Source: Mustelus asterias
Lineage: Eukaryota
DNA: 64,000 nt
NCBI RefSeq assembly: GCF_964213995.1
Contig: NC_135822.1
Location: 51,522,001-51,586,000, forward strand
Direction of reading: 5' to 3'
Positions 23,860 through 38,009 of this stretch are shown piece by piece (within the stretch, counting starts at the first letter, position 1; each line of letters starts with the position of its first letter). The notes under the pieces are model-generated. The model was given only the letters and a program-made list of their open reading frames with translations. It was not told where the DNA came from and made no database searches. A program made the translations under genes and the position numbers.

Positions 23860-25415
23860 TGGCCCTGTCTTCATCAACGGGGACGAAATAGAAATGTTCG
23901 AAAGCTTCACGTTTTTAGATGTACAAATCACCAACAATCAGTCCTGGTCTCCCCATGCCGACACTATAGATAGGAAATCCCACCAACTCTTCCATTTTCT
24001 CATAAGACGAAGGAAACTTGGCATGTCAGCTACAATCGATCGGTTGGAGACTTGGGCAGAGAGATAGAAGATGGACGTTAATCCGGACAAATCTTGGGCA
24101 ATACATTTTGGGATGGGACATATACAGTAAATGGCAGAACCCTTAAGAGTATTGATCAGCAGAGGGATCTGGTTGTGCAGCTAAGGAGCTCACTGAAAGT
24201 GTCAACGCATGTGGAGAAGGTAGTCAAGAAGGCATACAGCATGCTTGCCTTCAAAGGCCGGGGCGTTCAGTTTAAAAATTGGTAAGTCATGTTGCAGCTT
24301 TACAGAACCTTAGTTAGGCTGCACTTGGAATATAATGTTCAGTTCTGGTCGACACATTATTCAGAAGGATGTCGAGGCTTTGGAGAGGGTATAGGAAAAT
24401 ATTTACTCGTATGGAGGGCTTAAACTAGGAGGAGAGGTTGGAAAAACTTGGTCTGTTCTCACAAGAACGACGGAGACTGAGGGCGACGTGATAGAAGTCT
24501 ACATGACTATGGGGGGCATGACCAGAGTGGATAGACAGAAGCTTTTTCCCCAGGGTGTAAGAGTCAATTGCTAGGAGGCATAGATTCAAGCTGCGAGGGG
24601 CAACATTTAAAGGAGTTGTACGAAGCAAGTTTTTTACAGAGGATGGTGGGTGCCTGGAACTCGCTAACGGGTGAGGTCGTGCAAGCAGGTACGATAGTGA
24701 CTTTTAAGCGACATCTTGAAAATACATGAAGAGGATGGGAATAGAAGGATATGGTCCTCCGAAGTGGAGGGGGTTTAGTTCAGTCAGGCAGCATGTTGGG
24801 TGCAGGCTTGAAGGGCCAAATGGTCTGTCCCTGTGTTGTGATTTTCTTTGTTCTTTGACTCTCACCAACGTTTACAGATGCACCATAGACAGCATTCTTT
24901 CTGGTTGTATCACAGCTTGGTCTGGCTTCTGCTCGTCCCTAGACCGCTAGAAATTTCTAAAGGTCATGAATCCATCAGGTAAACCAACGTCCCACACATT
25001 GACTCTGTCTGCACTTCCCGCTGCTTCGGCGAAGTATGTAGCATGATTAAGGACATCAACCCTCCTCTCCCCGCGCCCCCCCCCCCCGCCCCCCACCCCA
25101 CCTCCCCACCGCCCCCGGACATACTTTTTTCCACCTTCTTCCGTCGGGAAAATGGTACAAAATTCTGAGGTCACCTATCAACCAACTCAAGAACAGCTTC
25201 TTCCCTACTGCCATCAGACGTTTAAATGGAACTACCTGGCATTTAGTTGACCTTTCTCGGTACCCTAGCTACTACTGTAACACTACATCCTGCACTTTGT
25301 TGTTTCCTTTTCTCTGAATGGTAGCTTTGCCTCTATAGCGTGCAATGAACAATACTTTTCACTGTATACTCATACGTGTGACAACACTATATCAAATCAA
25401 ATCAAATCAAATTAA
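23860..25415 (+). mobile_element. Rex1/Babar-type LINE 3' end, split by a CR1
   Basis: INGDEIEMFESFTFLDVQITNNQSWSPH...SHQLFHFL.R.RKLGMS | TLTNVYRCTIDSILSGCITAW, the typical Rex1/Babar C-terminus; (tcaaa)n tail at about 25390-25415. Confidence 0.75.
24035..24857 (+). mobile_element. CR1 3' fragment nested in the Rex-type LINE
   Basis: YTVNGRTLKSIDQQRDL...VEKVVKKAY; ends in a ttctttgttcttt tail directly before the Rex sequence resumes. Confidence 0.9.
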
Positions 25416-26400
25416 ATCACTATATTCCACTTCCTATAATCACCAAATGCCATGAATCACAGTAATTGGTTCGCGCCCCTCATTGAATGCTTCAGACATC
25501 CGCAAGCGACTGCATTCTGCTGGACTCAGACAATGCATCACCCTCTCCCCTCAGTCACTATAACTCACGGCCCTAAGCTACTATAGTACACTTCCCATAA
25601 TCACTGCAGTCACTTCATCCCACCAGACATAATCACATCACTAGCCCAGGAGTCACTGCTCTCCACCCGAATCAATCACAACACCACACTCCCTTGAGTC
25701 ACTGCATTGCAATTCTCTCAGTAATTTCATCTGTCTCTCATAAGTCACTATATTCCAATTTGCATAATTTTTACGCAATCACCCCAAATGTCAGTAAACC
25801 CCACTCATTTCACTCAATGCGTCTCATCCCTTTCAGTCTCTATATATCACTCCTTCGTCATGCCATCCCACGTAACTCCGTCTCCACTTCCTTTCGCCCT
25901 CAAGTCAGTGCATCCAATTCACCTCAGTTTCTATATGCCACTCTTGAATCAACACATCCCAAAGGCTCTGTCAGCACAGTCCCACTCTATATCCCACTCG
26001 TCTCCGTCACTACATTTCACTGCTCATTTGCTGCATCTCACTCCAACCACTCACTACAACCCACTCATTAGTCACTGAGTCCCAATTCATTCAGGCTCTA
26101 CGTCCCACTGCTCAGTCACTACATCCCACTACTCTCAGTTTGAATGTCCCAAACGATTCAGTCACGTCATCCCTTTTAGCTAAGTCTCTGCATTACACCG
26201 CTCAATTATTCACCCCACCCCAGTCAGACTATACTTACCACTAGACTCAATCACGCCATTCCACTTCACTCATTCACCGCATACCAGTCCCCTCACTGAC
26301 CAAATTCCATTACACTATGTTTCTATATCCCATTACGCTCGGTCACTCCATCTCACTCCTCAGTCACTATTTCCCACTCTTCTCATCAAGTAACTCACTG
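25415..26400. repeat. highly degenerate 23-bp satellite
   Basis: Recurrent tcagtcact/cccact units. Confidence 0.65.
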
Positions 26401-27859
26401 AATAATATGCACTGACATTTCGTGCAATGACGTTGGCTGTGGACACTGTTCAGAACGAGCTCAGCAAACATTTGAGGTTGCAAACCGTTTTAACGGAAAC
26501 ATTGTTGGGTCAGAATATTGTCCAGTGTCTGTTGCGGGGTATGTTTGATTAGTTGATAGCAGACGTGGTCAGAGTGGAGAAAATCTGGTAGGATTACGTG
26601 AAGTCATTGAAACAATAAAAGTTTTGACGCTCAAATTAATCAAACACATGGACATCCAGTGGAATATTGAGTGTGCTGAAAGTCATACTTAGAGGGGAGT
26701 GTTCGATTCTCAGTACTGCACTCTCCCACTATGTTAGACCTGGATACATCTGGAACAATGTACATCCAAACAAGGTTGGCAAATTCACTTTTACCCATTT
26801 TTGTTGAAATTTCCAGTTGAGTTTGAGTTTCTTTTTATTTCATGTTCCTACAATGCATCAACACAGGAAGGTGCAGAAAAATCATATTGGCCCGGATCAT
26901 CTAAGGAACGGCTAAAGAGTCATCTTAAATTTATTTTCAATTACCAGGTTCAAAATTGAATTTTATTACCCAGTTCCATGACACGGGAGATTTTGGAAAT
27001 GGATACCGCAGCACTTTTTAGTGTCCTTTGCAGACAGGGCAGCAGTTTTGGGAGAACAGAAGCCACGTTGAATATTTAGAGAACTAATTGCGCTCGACGT
27101 GGAAGGACAGTTGAATGGTAGGGTGTGGGTTATTGAAGAGTAAGATGCGGGATATGTGTGGGGAGTTTGTTGCATATTCATTCGGGAGATGGTACACAGT
27201 GCTTGGGTATGTTAGTATTTTAGTCATTGGGTGTGCGACTGTAGTAAGGAACTCTTTTGTGGACAGTTAGGGTCTGGAAGTCTATTTGTGGTGTTAGTCT
27301 AGGTAGACTGGTGTGAAATGTGATGTGTGCTGTTGTGGGTAGGTTTAACCTGAGGTTCAGAGCTACTTGAAATGTGCCCATATATTTCCGCTGTGGTCGT
27401 GGGTTTGCAGGTTCAGCAGATGTTTCCGGGTTGGTCAGGGTTTTGACATGGTATCATAAGCGAGGGAGATGAACTCGACAATTAGGGGTGGCCAGTGCTT
27501 AAAAAGGACATTAAATGTAATTTTGACAGGGAAGCTCTTGTCCTAGGAGATTCTGAACCCTCCCAAATGCTGGATTGAGATTGAATATTTGGATGTGCCT
27601 ACTTCACGGCATTTGCCTGGAGGAATACGAAACAAACTGGAAAGTGTTGGTTGCAGTCCTTGTGGAGACATATCTGAAGTTCCAAAGCGCATATTCTGAG
27701 TTCGAGCACACACACACACACCCAGCCATTCAATTTACACGCACAATTCTCTACCCACCGTCCATGTATTGGCACGCAGGTTCTGGGCCATTGCATCATT
27801 CATATACCAGCAAATATATGCTGAGAGAGCCCAAATATACCATAAGCGCAGTTAGCGTC

Positions 27860-30800
27860 CGGGAGAGGCGGCTGAGGGACTTCACTGGTGCATTATGGGA
27901 GAAGTCGTGCCAGCAAGATCTACCAAGAAGTGGGGAGCGAAAGATCATCTCCAGTGATTGATGAACAGGAGTTAGAGCATCCCTGGTGCCAGGATCCAGG
28001 ATGTCTCTGAACGGACAGAACGCATTCTGAAGGGAGAGGGTGAACAGCCAGAGATCGTTGTACATATTGGTACTAACGACATAGGCAGGAAGAGTGATGA
28101 GGTCCTGCAGCAGCAGTTTAGGGAGTTAGATATAAATTTTAAAAGCAGGACCTTTTGGGTTCTAATCTCAGGATGGCTCCCTGTGCCACGTGCGAGTTAG
28201 GCTCGGAATAGGAAAATAGTGCAGCTCAACACGTGGCTAAACAGCTGGTGTAGGAGGCAGGTTCCAGACATCTGGACCATTGGGGTCTCTTCCAGGGCAG
28301 ATGGGACCTGTACAAGAAAGACGGATTGCATCTACACTGGAGGGGCACAGATATTCTGTCCAGGAGGTTTGCTCGTGTCACACGGTAGGATTAAAACTAG
28401 TTAGGCAGGGGGGTGGGAACCAAAGCAAAGGCCAATTAGCTGAAGGGGAACCGGAGAATAGGGCCAGTAAGACTCAGAGAAACAACAGACAGGGTGGGAT
28501 TACTAATCAGAAAGGGTCTCGTGAACTGAAGTGCATTTGTTTCAATGCGAGAAGTGTAACAGGTAAGGCAGATGAACTTACAGCTTGGATTAGAACTGGG
28601 AACTATGATGTTGTTGCCATTACAGAGACTTGGATAAGGGAAGGACAGGATTGGCAGCTTAACATTCCAGGAGACAGATGTTTCAGGCGGGATAGAGGGG
28701 GATGTAAAAAGGGTGGGCGAGTTGCACTACTGTTAAGGAGAATATCGGCCCGGTAGCACAGTGGTTAGCACTGTTGCTTCACAGCTCCAGTGACCTGGGT
28801 TCGATTCCCGGCTTGGGTCACTGTCTGTGTGGAGTTTGCACATTCTGCTCGTGTCTGCGTGGGTTTCTTCCGGGTGCTCCGGTTTCCTCCCACAGTCCAA
28901 AGATGTGCGGGTGAACTTGATTGGCCATGTTAAAATTGCCCCTTAGTGTCCTGGGATGCAAAGATTAGAGGGATTAGCGGGTAAAATATGTAGGGATATG
29001 GGGGTAGGGCCTGGATGGGATTGTGGTCGGTGCAGACTCGATGGGCCGAATGGCCTCTTTCTGCACTGTAAGGTTTCTATGATTTCTATGACAACTGTAA
29101 TCCAGGAGGACACCTCGGAAGGATCGTACAGTGAGGCAATATGGGTAGAGCTCAGGAATAGGAAAGGTGTTGTCACAATGTTGGTGTTTCATGATAGGCC
29201 ACCCAACTGCCAGCGGGAGATTGAGGAATGGATATGTCGGCAGATTTGGGCAATGTATAAAAGTAACAGGGTTGTTGTGGTGGGAGATTTTAATTTCCGC
29301 TATATTGACTGGGACTCACTTAGTGCTCGGGGCGTGGATGGGGCTTTCAAGTGTAAATTGGTAGGCTTTCAGGACCGGCACATTCCTGCATCGCTGAAGG
29401 ATTAATATGGCACGTTTTGGGAACCTTGGATAACGAGGGATATTGTGAGCCAAGTCAAAGAGAAAGAGGAAGCATCTGTCAAATCTTGGAGTCTGGGAAC
29501 ACACGAAGCAAGTGTGAAATGCAAGGAAAGTAGAAATAAAGTTAAGCAAGGGGTAAGAAGGGCTAAAATGTGTCAGGAAAAGCATTGGTCAGCAGGATTA
29601 AGGAAAATCCCAAGGCTTTTTATCCATATATAAAGAGCAAAAGGGTAGCCAGGGAGGGGTTTGGCACACTCAAGGACAAGGGAGGGAATCTATGCATGGA
29701 GCCAGAGGGAATGGACGAGGTATTAAATGGGCGAGGTACTTTGCGTCAACATTCACCAAAGAGAAGGACTTTGTGGATGAGATGTCTGGGAAAGGATGTG
29801 TTGATATTTTGAGTCATGTTGAGATCAAAAAAGAGGAGCCATTGGGGGTTCTTGAGAAACATTAAAGTAGACAAGTCCCTCGGGACTGATGGGATATAAA
29901 CCAGAATACTGAGAGAGGCAAGGGAGGAAATTGCTGGGGCCTTGAGAGAAATCTTTGTATCCTCACGCGCTACAGGGGAGGTCTCAGAGGATTAGATAAT
30001 CGTCAATGTTGATCCTTTGTTTAAGCAGGGTAGCAAGAATAATCCAGGTAATTACATCCGTGGTAGAGAAATTATTGGAGAGGATTCTTCGAGACAGGAA
30101 TTATTCCCACTTGGAAATAAGTGGACGTATTAGTGAGAGGCAACATGGCTTTGTGAAAGGGGGGTCGTGCCTCACTAACTTGGTCGAGTTTTTCGAGGAA
30201 GTGATGAAAATGTTTGATAAGGGTAGGGCAGTGGATTTTGTCGACATGGACTCCAGTGAGGACTTTGACAAGGTCCCTCATGGCAGAGTGGTGCAGAAAA
30301 TGATGTCGCATGGGATCAGAGGTGAGCTGGCAAGGTGGACATAAAACTGGTTGTCTCAAAGAAGACAGTGGAAGGGTGTGTCTGAATTGAGGGTTGTGAT
30401 AAGTGGTGTTCCTCAGGGATCATTGCTGGGATCTTTGCTGTTTGTAATATCTATAAGTGATTTGGAGGAATCTGTAACTGGATTGATTAGTAAGTTTGCG
30501 GATGACACAAAGGGTGGTGAATTTACGGATAGCTATGAGGACCATCAGAGGATTCAGCAGGATATCGATCAGTTGGAGACTTGGGCGGAGAGATGCCAGA
30601 TGGAGTTTAATCCGGACAAATTTGAGGTCATGCATTTTGGAAGGTCTAATACAGATAGGAAATATACAATTCGTGGCAGAAACCTTAGGAGTATTGATAG
30701 GCAGGTGGATCTAGGTGGACAGGGACACAGGTCATTGTACGTGGCAATGCAGCTGGAGAAGGTATTCAAAAAGGCATACGGCATGCTTGCCTTCATCGGC

Positions 30801-31400
30801 CGCGGCATTGAGTTTAAAATTGGCAAGTCATGTTTTAGCTTTATAGAACCTTATTTAGCCCGCACTTGGAATATAGTGTTCAATTCTGGTCGCCACACTA
30901 CCAGAAAGATGTGGAGGCTTTGGAGAGGGTACAGAAAAGGTTTATCAGGATGTTGCCTGGTATGGAGGGCATTAGCTATGAGCAGAGGTTGGAGAAACGT
31001 GGTTTGCTCTCACTTGAGAGAAGGAGGTTGAGGGGAGATCTGATACAAGTCGACAAGATTGTGAGGGGCATGGACAGAGTGGATAGTCAGAAGCTTTTCT
31101 CCCAGGGTGGAAGTGTCAGTTACTCGGGGGCATAGGTTTAAGTTTCGAGGGGCAACGTTTAAAGAAGATGTACAGGCAGATTTTTTGCGCAGAGAGTGAT
31201 GGGTGACTGGAACTCGTTGCCGGGGAGGGAGTGGAAGCCGATACGGTAGTGACTTTTAAGGGACGTCTTGACAAGTACATGAATGGGATGGGGGTAGAGG
31301 GATATGGTCCCCGGAAGGGAAGGGGTTTTACTGAAGTCGGGCAGCATGGTCGGCGGACCTGTTCCTGTGCTGTAATGTTGTTTTGTTCTTTGTTCTTTGT
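27860..31400 (+). mobile_element. near-full-length degenerate CR1 (ORF1 SGNH esterase, APE endonuclease, RT)
   Basis: PEIVVHIGTNDIGR at about 28047-28090 and DGLH at about 28320; CICFNARS..YDVVAITETW; VGDFNF; SKFADDTK; (tgttctt)n tail; multiple frameshifts and deletions. Confidence 0.92.
28747..29090 (+). mobile_element. full-length HE1/V-SINE inserted in the CR1 endonuclease region
   Basis: tRNA-like head ggtagcacagtggttagcac...gggttcgattccc, V core, CR1-type tail (ttctatga); splits aatatc|acaactg. Confidence 0.92.
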
Positions 31401-32404
31401 TTAGTAAATTGGTAAATACGTGAACGAGAGAGCGAGCGAACGAGCAATTTACTTTGCACAATATGGACAGTCAGTTAATACATTTTTGTCAGTGGCAAGT
31501 GCTAGGAAAAGATTGGCACACACAATTCATCAATGCAATTTATTAATGAAGGAGATAAGGAGATAGTGATAGCACATTGTGCAATTAGAGAAGATATGCA
31601 ATTTCTGCAACGTTATGGGTTTCACAAGATGAATTGCACCGGACATCAATGGTCAGAACTAAGGGACTGTCTTGCTATTGGGTGTTCAGTACTGTGGGAG
31701 TACCGAACTGCTGGAGGCTGAGTATTGAGGGAGTGTCAGAGTGCAAGCAGATCAGCGGTGAGAGAGAACGACAATGTCGAAATGTCAGTGCTGAAGACCG
31801 CTGCAATGTTAAATTATCTGCACTGAGAGGCCACCACATTGTCGCAGGGGCAGTACCGCGTTAGCGACTGCAATGTGGTGCACTATTTGCTGGCTACATT
31901 TTGACATTATTCTGCGGACTGTTCCGAAATGAAATAGCTTAAACTCTAGATTAGGTGTTTTTGGGTTTAATGTCATTCGACACACTGTAACAGAGAAGCC
32001 AGACCAAACTTGTTGGGGGTGTCATTTCAGAAAGGGTGGATGTAGATGGATGGGTTTTGTGATGTATGATTTTGGGTGTAAGAGGGCTCAAACAGCCATA
32101 TACTTGCTGAATGTTGCAACAGGCCTGAGGGTATGGATTCTCGCCACCTATTTTCACATCACAAACATTTCGTTGTTCCCTTTCAACCGTTTGAAAAAAT
32201 GTTCCAAAATCTGCGGTCTCTCAGATCTCTTGTCTTAGAAACAGTCGTTGCTAAACACGACATATCGAAACTATTCATTACCTGGCATTATGTGCCACCT
32301 TCATTGATGTGTAACATTTAAATCTTCACGTAAAACTTGTTTCCATGTAGCAACCTCATGATTGACTTTGCGGGCATAGTGGGGATGGGGGTGGGGCTGA
32401 AAGT

Positions 32405-32735
32405 CACAGAATCATAGAATCCCTAAAGTGCAAGATGAGGCCATTTGATACATCAAGCCTGCACCGACAACATTCCCATCCAGGTCCTATTCCCTTACAC
32501 CCATGCGTTTACTCTACTAATCCCCATGACACGATGGGCCAATTGGGCATGGCCAATCTACATATCCCACACATCTTTGGACTGAGAGAGAAAACCAGAA
32601 CAATCAGATGAAACTCACGCAGACACGGAGTTAACGTGAAAACTCCACAGACAGCCAGCTGAGGCCGTAATTGAACCCAATTCCCTGGTGCTGTGAGCCA
32701 GCAGTGCTAACCTCTCTGCCACCCATGCCACCCAC
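32405..32735 (-). mobile_element. HE1/V-SINE
   Basis: acatctttggactg...cgcagacacgga...gtgaaaactccacagacag...gctgtgagccagcagtgctaacc. Confidence 0.85.
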
Positions 32736-33654
32736 TCAATATTCCTGCTGCATGGAGTTGGCTCTCCAAACCAGCCATTTAATCCGAGTAGATATGGCAA
32801 ATTGAATGGCCTAAACTCACTCTGACCGTTGAAAACGTGTTGGTTTCTCGTGACTTGTACACTTGAGGGAAGGTAGAAGAGTGCAGCTGAATTTTTGGAA
32901 GCCAAATTGCCCATTCAAAGCGATTTAGTTAGTCAGAGATACAACAATCAGGAAGGGTCTGATATTATGAATTAATGAATACTGAGGTTTACAGAACAGA
33001 TGTAAAAAACATAATGCAAATCTGACAATTCACATTTTCAATTAATTAAAATTTATCAAGTTACCGGTACGAGGGGGAAAATAAATGAATATACTTCTGA
33101 AATAAACTTGACAGGATTCACACTGGAAGTGTGTCAGCATTGAGATTAATAACTGGCAAAAGAGTGCTGCCTATTATTGACAATGGCGACCACCTGTCCA
33201 TCATTCTGCATCACACTGTGACTCTCAGTCTCTTAATGACGAGGCCGAGCCGAGGCAATAAGGGATGGCAAAAAGAAAATCGTGATCTCTCGATCCCAGT
33301 ATCTCATAGGGCATCTAGCTCCACATCTAAAATTAGAGGCACTTCTGGAATCAGCCTTTTCATTTACATTTAGACCTAACGCAGGGTCTGGCGAACAATA
33401 GTAGACATCATTCGCTCACTGAGAGACCACCAAAAATGAGGACAAGTTGAAACTCAACACACTGTTCTGAACAAGCTGGGATACAGAACACTCAGTCTGC
33501 CCTACCACCGCTCCTGCCAAACCCCAGCTCAGTCATTCATAGAACTCATCATATTGGTAAGAATGGAGATTGAATAAACTATTTATGGACTCGTGTTTGG
33601 AGAACTTGAGGGTTTTGGGAGCGATTCGCCAAATCATAATGTGACATCGGAAAC

Positions 33655-34565
33655 TTAGAAACATGGAAGATAGGAGCAGGAGGAGGTCATTTGGCCCTTC
33701 GAGCCTGCTCCACCATTCATTAAGATCATGGCTGATCATCCAACTCAATCGCCTAATCCTGCTTTTTCCCCATAACCTTTTATCCCATTTGCCTCAGGTG
33801 CCATATCCAGCCGCCTCTTGAATGCATTCAATGTTTTGGCATCAACGACTTCCTGTAGCAATGACATTTACAGGCTCACCACTCTCCTCACCTTCGTCCT
33901 TGAATCCTCAGACTGTGACCCCTGGTTCTGGACTCCCACACCATCGGGAACATACTCGCTGCATCTATTATGTCTTGACCTGTTCGAATTTTGTAAGTCT
34001 CAATGAGATCCTCCCCTCATTCGTCTGAATTCCAGCGAAAAAAAACCCTCACCTAGTCAATCTCTCCTGATACATGAGTCCCGCTATCCCTGGAATTAGC
34101 CTGGTAAACCTTCGCCGCACTCCCTGGAGGGCAAGAACATCATTCCTCAGAAAAGGAGAACAAAGCTGCACATGGTACTCTAGATGTGGCCTCAGCAAGG
34201 TCCTGTATAGTTGCAGCAACACATCCATGCTCCTGTCCTCGAAACGACTCGCAATGAAGGCCAACATGACATTTGCCTTATTTACTGCCTGCGGCACCTG
34301 CATGATTACCTTCGTTGATGGCGCACAATGAAACCCAGGTCCCGTTGCCCATTGCCCTCCCACAATTTACAGTAATTCAGGTAGTAATCTGCCTCCTTGC
34401 TATTGCTTCCAACGTGAATAAACTTACACTTGTCCAAACTAAACTGCATCTGCCATTGATTAGACCACTCATCCAACCAGTCCAGATAATTCTGGAGGAC
34501 CTCTGCATCCTCGTCACAGTTCATCTTTCCGCCCAACTTGGTATCATTTGCAAACGCTGAGATCT
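33655..34565 (-). mobile_element. degenerate CR1 3' fragment
   Basis: LLQLYRTLLRPHLEYHVQL (ORF 34049..34363) and QWQMQFSLDKCK. Confidence 0.9.
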
Positions 34566-34772
34566 TACCAGGCTACTAATCAACACAGTGTGTATTAAAA
34601 CTGATGTTTGATATTTAAATTTACCAACAAGACTGTATACATGAATCCTGGGTTGGCAACTTTAACGACATATTGCGAATTAGGAGCATGTATGGATCGA
34701 ATATATCCTCTGGCAATCAGATGCCATTAAAAGTCTATCTCGCAACACATGCAAACAACGAAAAGGGGACCA

Positions 34773-37700
34773 TATAACATAGAACATAGAACAGTACCGC
34801 ACAGAACAGGCCCTTCGGCCCAAGATGTTGTGCCGAGCTTTATCTGAAACCAAGATCAAGCTATCCCACTCCCGATCGTCCTGGTGTGCTCCATGTGCCT
34901 ATCCAATAACCGCTTAAATGTTCCTAAAGTGTCTGACTCCGCTATCACTGCAGGCAGTCCATTCCACACCCCAACCACTCTCTGCGGAAAGAACCTACCT
35001 CTGATATCCTTCCTATATCTCCCACCACGAACCCTATAGTTATGCCCCCTTGTAATAGCTCAATCCACCCGAGGAAATAGTCTTCGAACGTTCACTCTAT
35101 CTATCCCCTTCAGCATGTTATAAATCTCTATTAAGTCTCCCCTCAGCCTCCTCCGCTCCAGAGAGAACAGCCCTAGCTCCCTCAACCTTTCCTCATAAGA
35201 CCTACCCTCCAAACCAGGCAGCATCCTGGTAAATCTCCCCTGCACTCTTTCCAGCGCTTCCACATCCTTCTTATGGTGAGGTGACCAGAACTGCACATAA
35301 TATTCCAAATGTGGTCTCACCAAGGTCCTGTACAGTTGCAGCATAACCCCACGGCTCTTAAACTCCAACCCCCTTTTAATAAAAGCTAACACACTATAGG
35401 CCTTCTTCACAGCTCTATCCACTTGAGTGGCAACCTTTAGAGATCTGTGGATATGGAACCCAAGATCTCTCTGTTCCTCCACAGTCTTCAGAAACCTACC
35501 GTTGACCCTGTAATCCACATTTAAATTCGTCCTACCAAAATGAATCACCTCACATTTATCAGGGATAAACTCCATTTGCCATTTTTCAGCCCAGCTTTGC
35601 ATCCTATCTATGTACCTTTGCAGCCTACAACAGCCCTCCACCTCATCCACTACTCCACCAATCTTGCTGTCATCAGCAAATTTTCTGATCTACCCTTCAG
35701 CCCCCTCCTCTCAGTCAATAATAAAAATCACAAAGAGCAGAGGACCAAGCACTGATTCCGGTGGCACTCCGCTCGCAACCTGCCTCCAATCCAAAAATTT
35801 TCCATCCACCACCACCCTCTGTCTTCGATCAGACAGCCAGTTACCTATCCAACCGGCCAACTTTCCCTCTACCCCACACTTCCTCACTTTCATCATAAGC
35901 CGGCCATGGGGGACCTTATCAAACGCCTTACTAAAATCCATGCATATGACATCAACTGCCCTACCTTCATCAACGCACTTAGTTACCTCCTCAAATAATT
36001 CAATCAAATTTGTGAGGCACGACTTGCCCTAAACAAATCCGTGCTGACTATCCCGGATTTATCCGCATCTTTCTAAATGGTTGTCAATCCCATCCCGAAG
36101 GACCTTTTCCATCAATTTACCAACCACTGAAGTAAGACTAACCGGTCTAGAATTACCAGGGTCATTTCAATTCCCTTTCTTAAACAGAGGAACAACATTC
36201 GCCATTCTCCAGTCCTCTGGCACCATCCCTGTGGACAGCGAGGACCCAAAGTTCAAAGCCAAAGGCTCTGCAATCTCATCCCTTGCCTCCAAAAGAATCC
36301 TAGGATATATTTCATCAGGCCCAGGGGACTTATCGACCTTCAGTTTGTTCAAAACTGCCAGGACATCCTCCCTCCGAACATCTATTTCCTCCAGCCTATT
36401 AGCCTGTAACACCTTCTCTTCCTCAAAAACATGGCTCCTCTCGTTGGTGAACACTGAAGAAAAGTATTCATTCATCACCTCGCCTATCTCTGCTGATTCC
36501 ATACACAAGTTCCCACTACTGTGCTTGACCGGCCCTAACCTCACCCTGGTCATTCTTTTATTCCTCACATAAAAGTCAAGAGCTTTGGGGTTTTCCTTGA
36601 TCCGACCGCTAAGGACTTCTCATGTCCCCTCCTTGCTCTCCTAAGCCCCTTTTTCAGCTCGATCCTTGCTACCTTGTAACCCTCAGTCGAGCCATGTGAA
36701 ACTTGTTTCCTCATCGCTACATAAGCTTCCCTCTTCCTTTTCACAAGACATTCCACCCCTTTCGTGAACCATGGTTCCCTCACTCGGCCATTTCCTCCCT
36801 GCCTGACAGGGACATACCTATCAAGGACACCCAGTATTTGTGCCTTGAAAAAGTTCCACTTTTCATTAGTCCCTTTCCCTGAGTTTCTGTTCCCAACTTA
36901 TGCCCCCTAATTCTTGCCGAATCGCATCATAATTACCACTCCCCCAATTGTAAAGCTTGCCCTGCCGTACGGCCCTATCCCTCTCCATTGCAATAACAAA
37001 AGACGCCGAATTGTGGTCACTATCTCCGAAGTGCTCTCCCACAACCAAATCTAACACTGGGCCCGGTTCATTTGCCAGTACCAAATCCAATGTGGCCTCA
37101 CCTCTTGTCAGCCTATCCACATATTGTGACAGGAAACCCTCCTGCACACACTGCACAAAAACTGCCCCATCCGAACTGTTTGACCTACAAAGGTTCCAAT
37201 CAATATTTGGAAACTTAAAGTCACCCATGACAAATACCCTGTGACCCCCACACATATCCATAAACTGCTTAGCAATTTCTTCCTCCACATCTCTATTCCT
37301 ATTTGGGGGCCTATAGTAAACTCATAACAACGTGACCGCTCCTTTCCTTTTTCTAACCTCAGCCCATATTACCTCAGTGTGCAAATGCCGCTCGAAGTGC
37401 CTTTCTGCAGCCGTTAAACTATCCTTGCTTAACAATGCTACTCCTCCACCTCTTTTACCAGCTTCCCTACACTTACTGAAACATCTATACCACGGAACGT
37501 CCAACAACTATTCCTGTCCTTGTTCTACCCACGGCTCCGTAATGGCCACAACATCGTAGTCCCAAGTACCAATCCACACCCCAAGTTCATCTACTTTGTT
37601 CCGGATGCTCCTTGCACTGAAGTAGACACACTTCAACCCACCTTCCTGTCTACCGGTGCCCACCCTTGACCCTGATACCTTCCCCAATACCTCGCAACAT
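34773..37700 (-). mobile_element. CR1 with near-complete but disrupted ORF2
   Basis: LKCVYFSARSIRNK, DVVAITE, MGDFKFP, SDHNS, KSPGPD, DFSKAFDKVPH and RPHLEY in successive minus-strand ORFs; (agaacat)n tail at 34775. Confidence 0.95.
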
Positions 37701-38009
37701 CTATGGGAGGGAGTACCTAAGCCCTTTAACACCTGCGCATGCCCCTTAAACATCAGCCTGACTTGGAATATAAACAGCCGTTTCTTCATAATCACCGGGT
37801 ATACTTCTTGAAACAAATCCCAAAGACCACACCGCCCCCAATTATTAATGTGATAACTGTGAAGAAATTGCTTGCTTGTTCAATTCGTCCAATGACCTTC
37901 TGTTGTAGGGACAATTATCACATATTTAGATCTAGGTATGTTAAGACACAGAACATACACTTGTGTATCTCTATGTTAAATTACAAAAAAAGACGGGTGG
38001 CACTTGAAT

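Noticed and set aside
27000-27560. Possible Penelope GIY-YIG remnant
   Set aside because: GT-rich and degenerate; no motif could be read with confidence.
28747-28815. tRNA gene
   Set aside because: A/B-box head of a tRNA-derived SINE followed by the V core and LINE tail; the same holds for 51795, 10725 and 58447.
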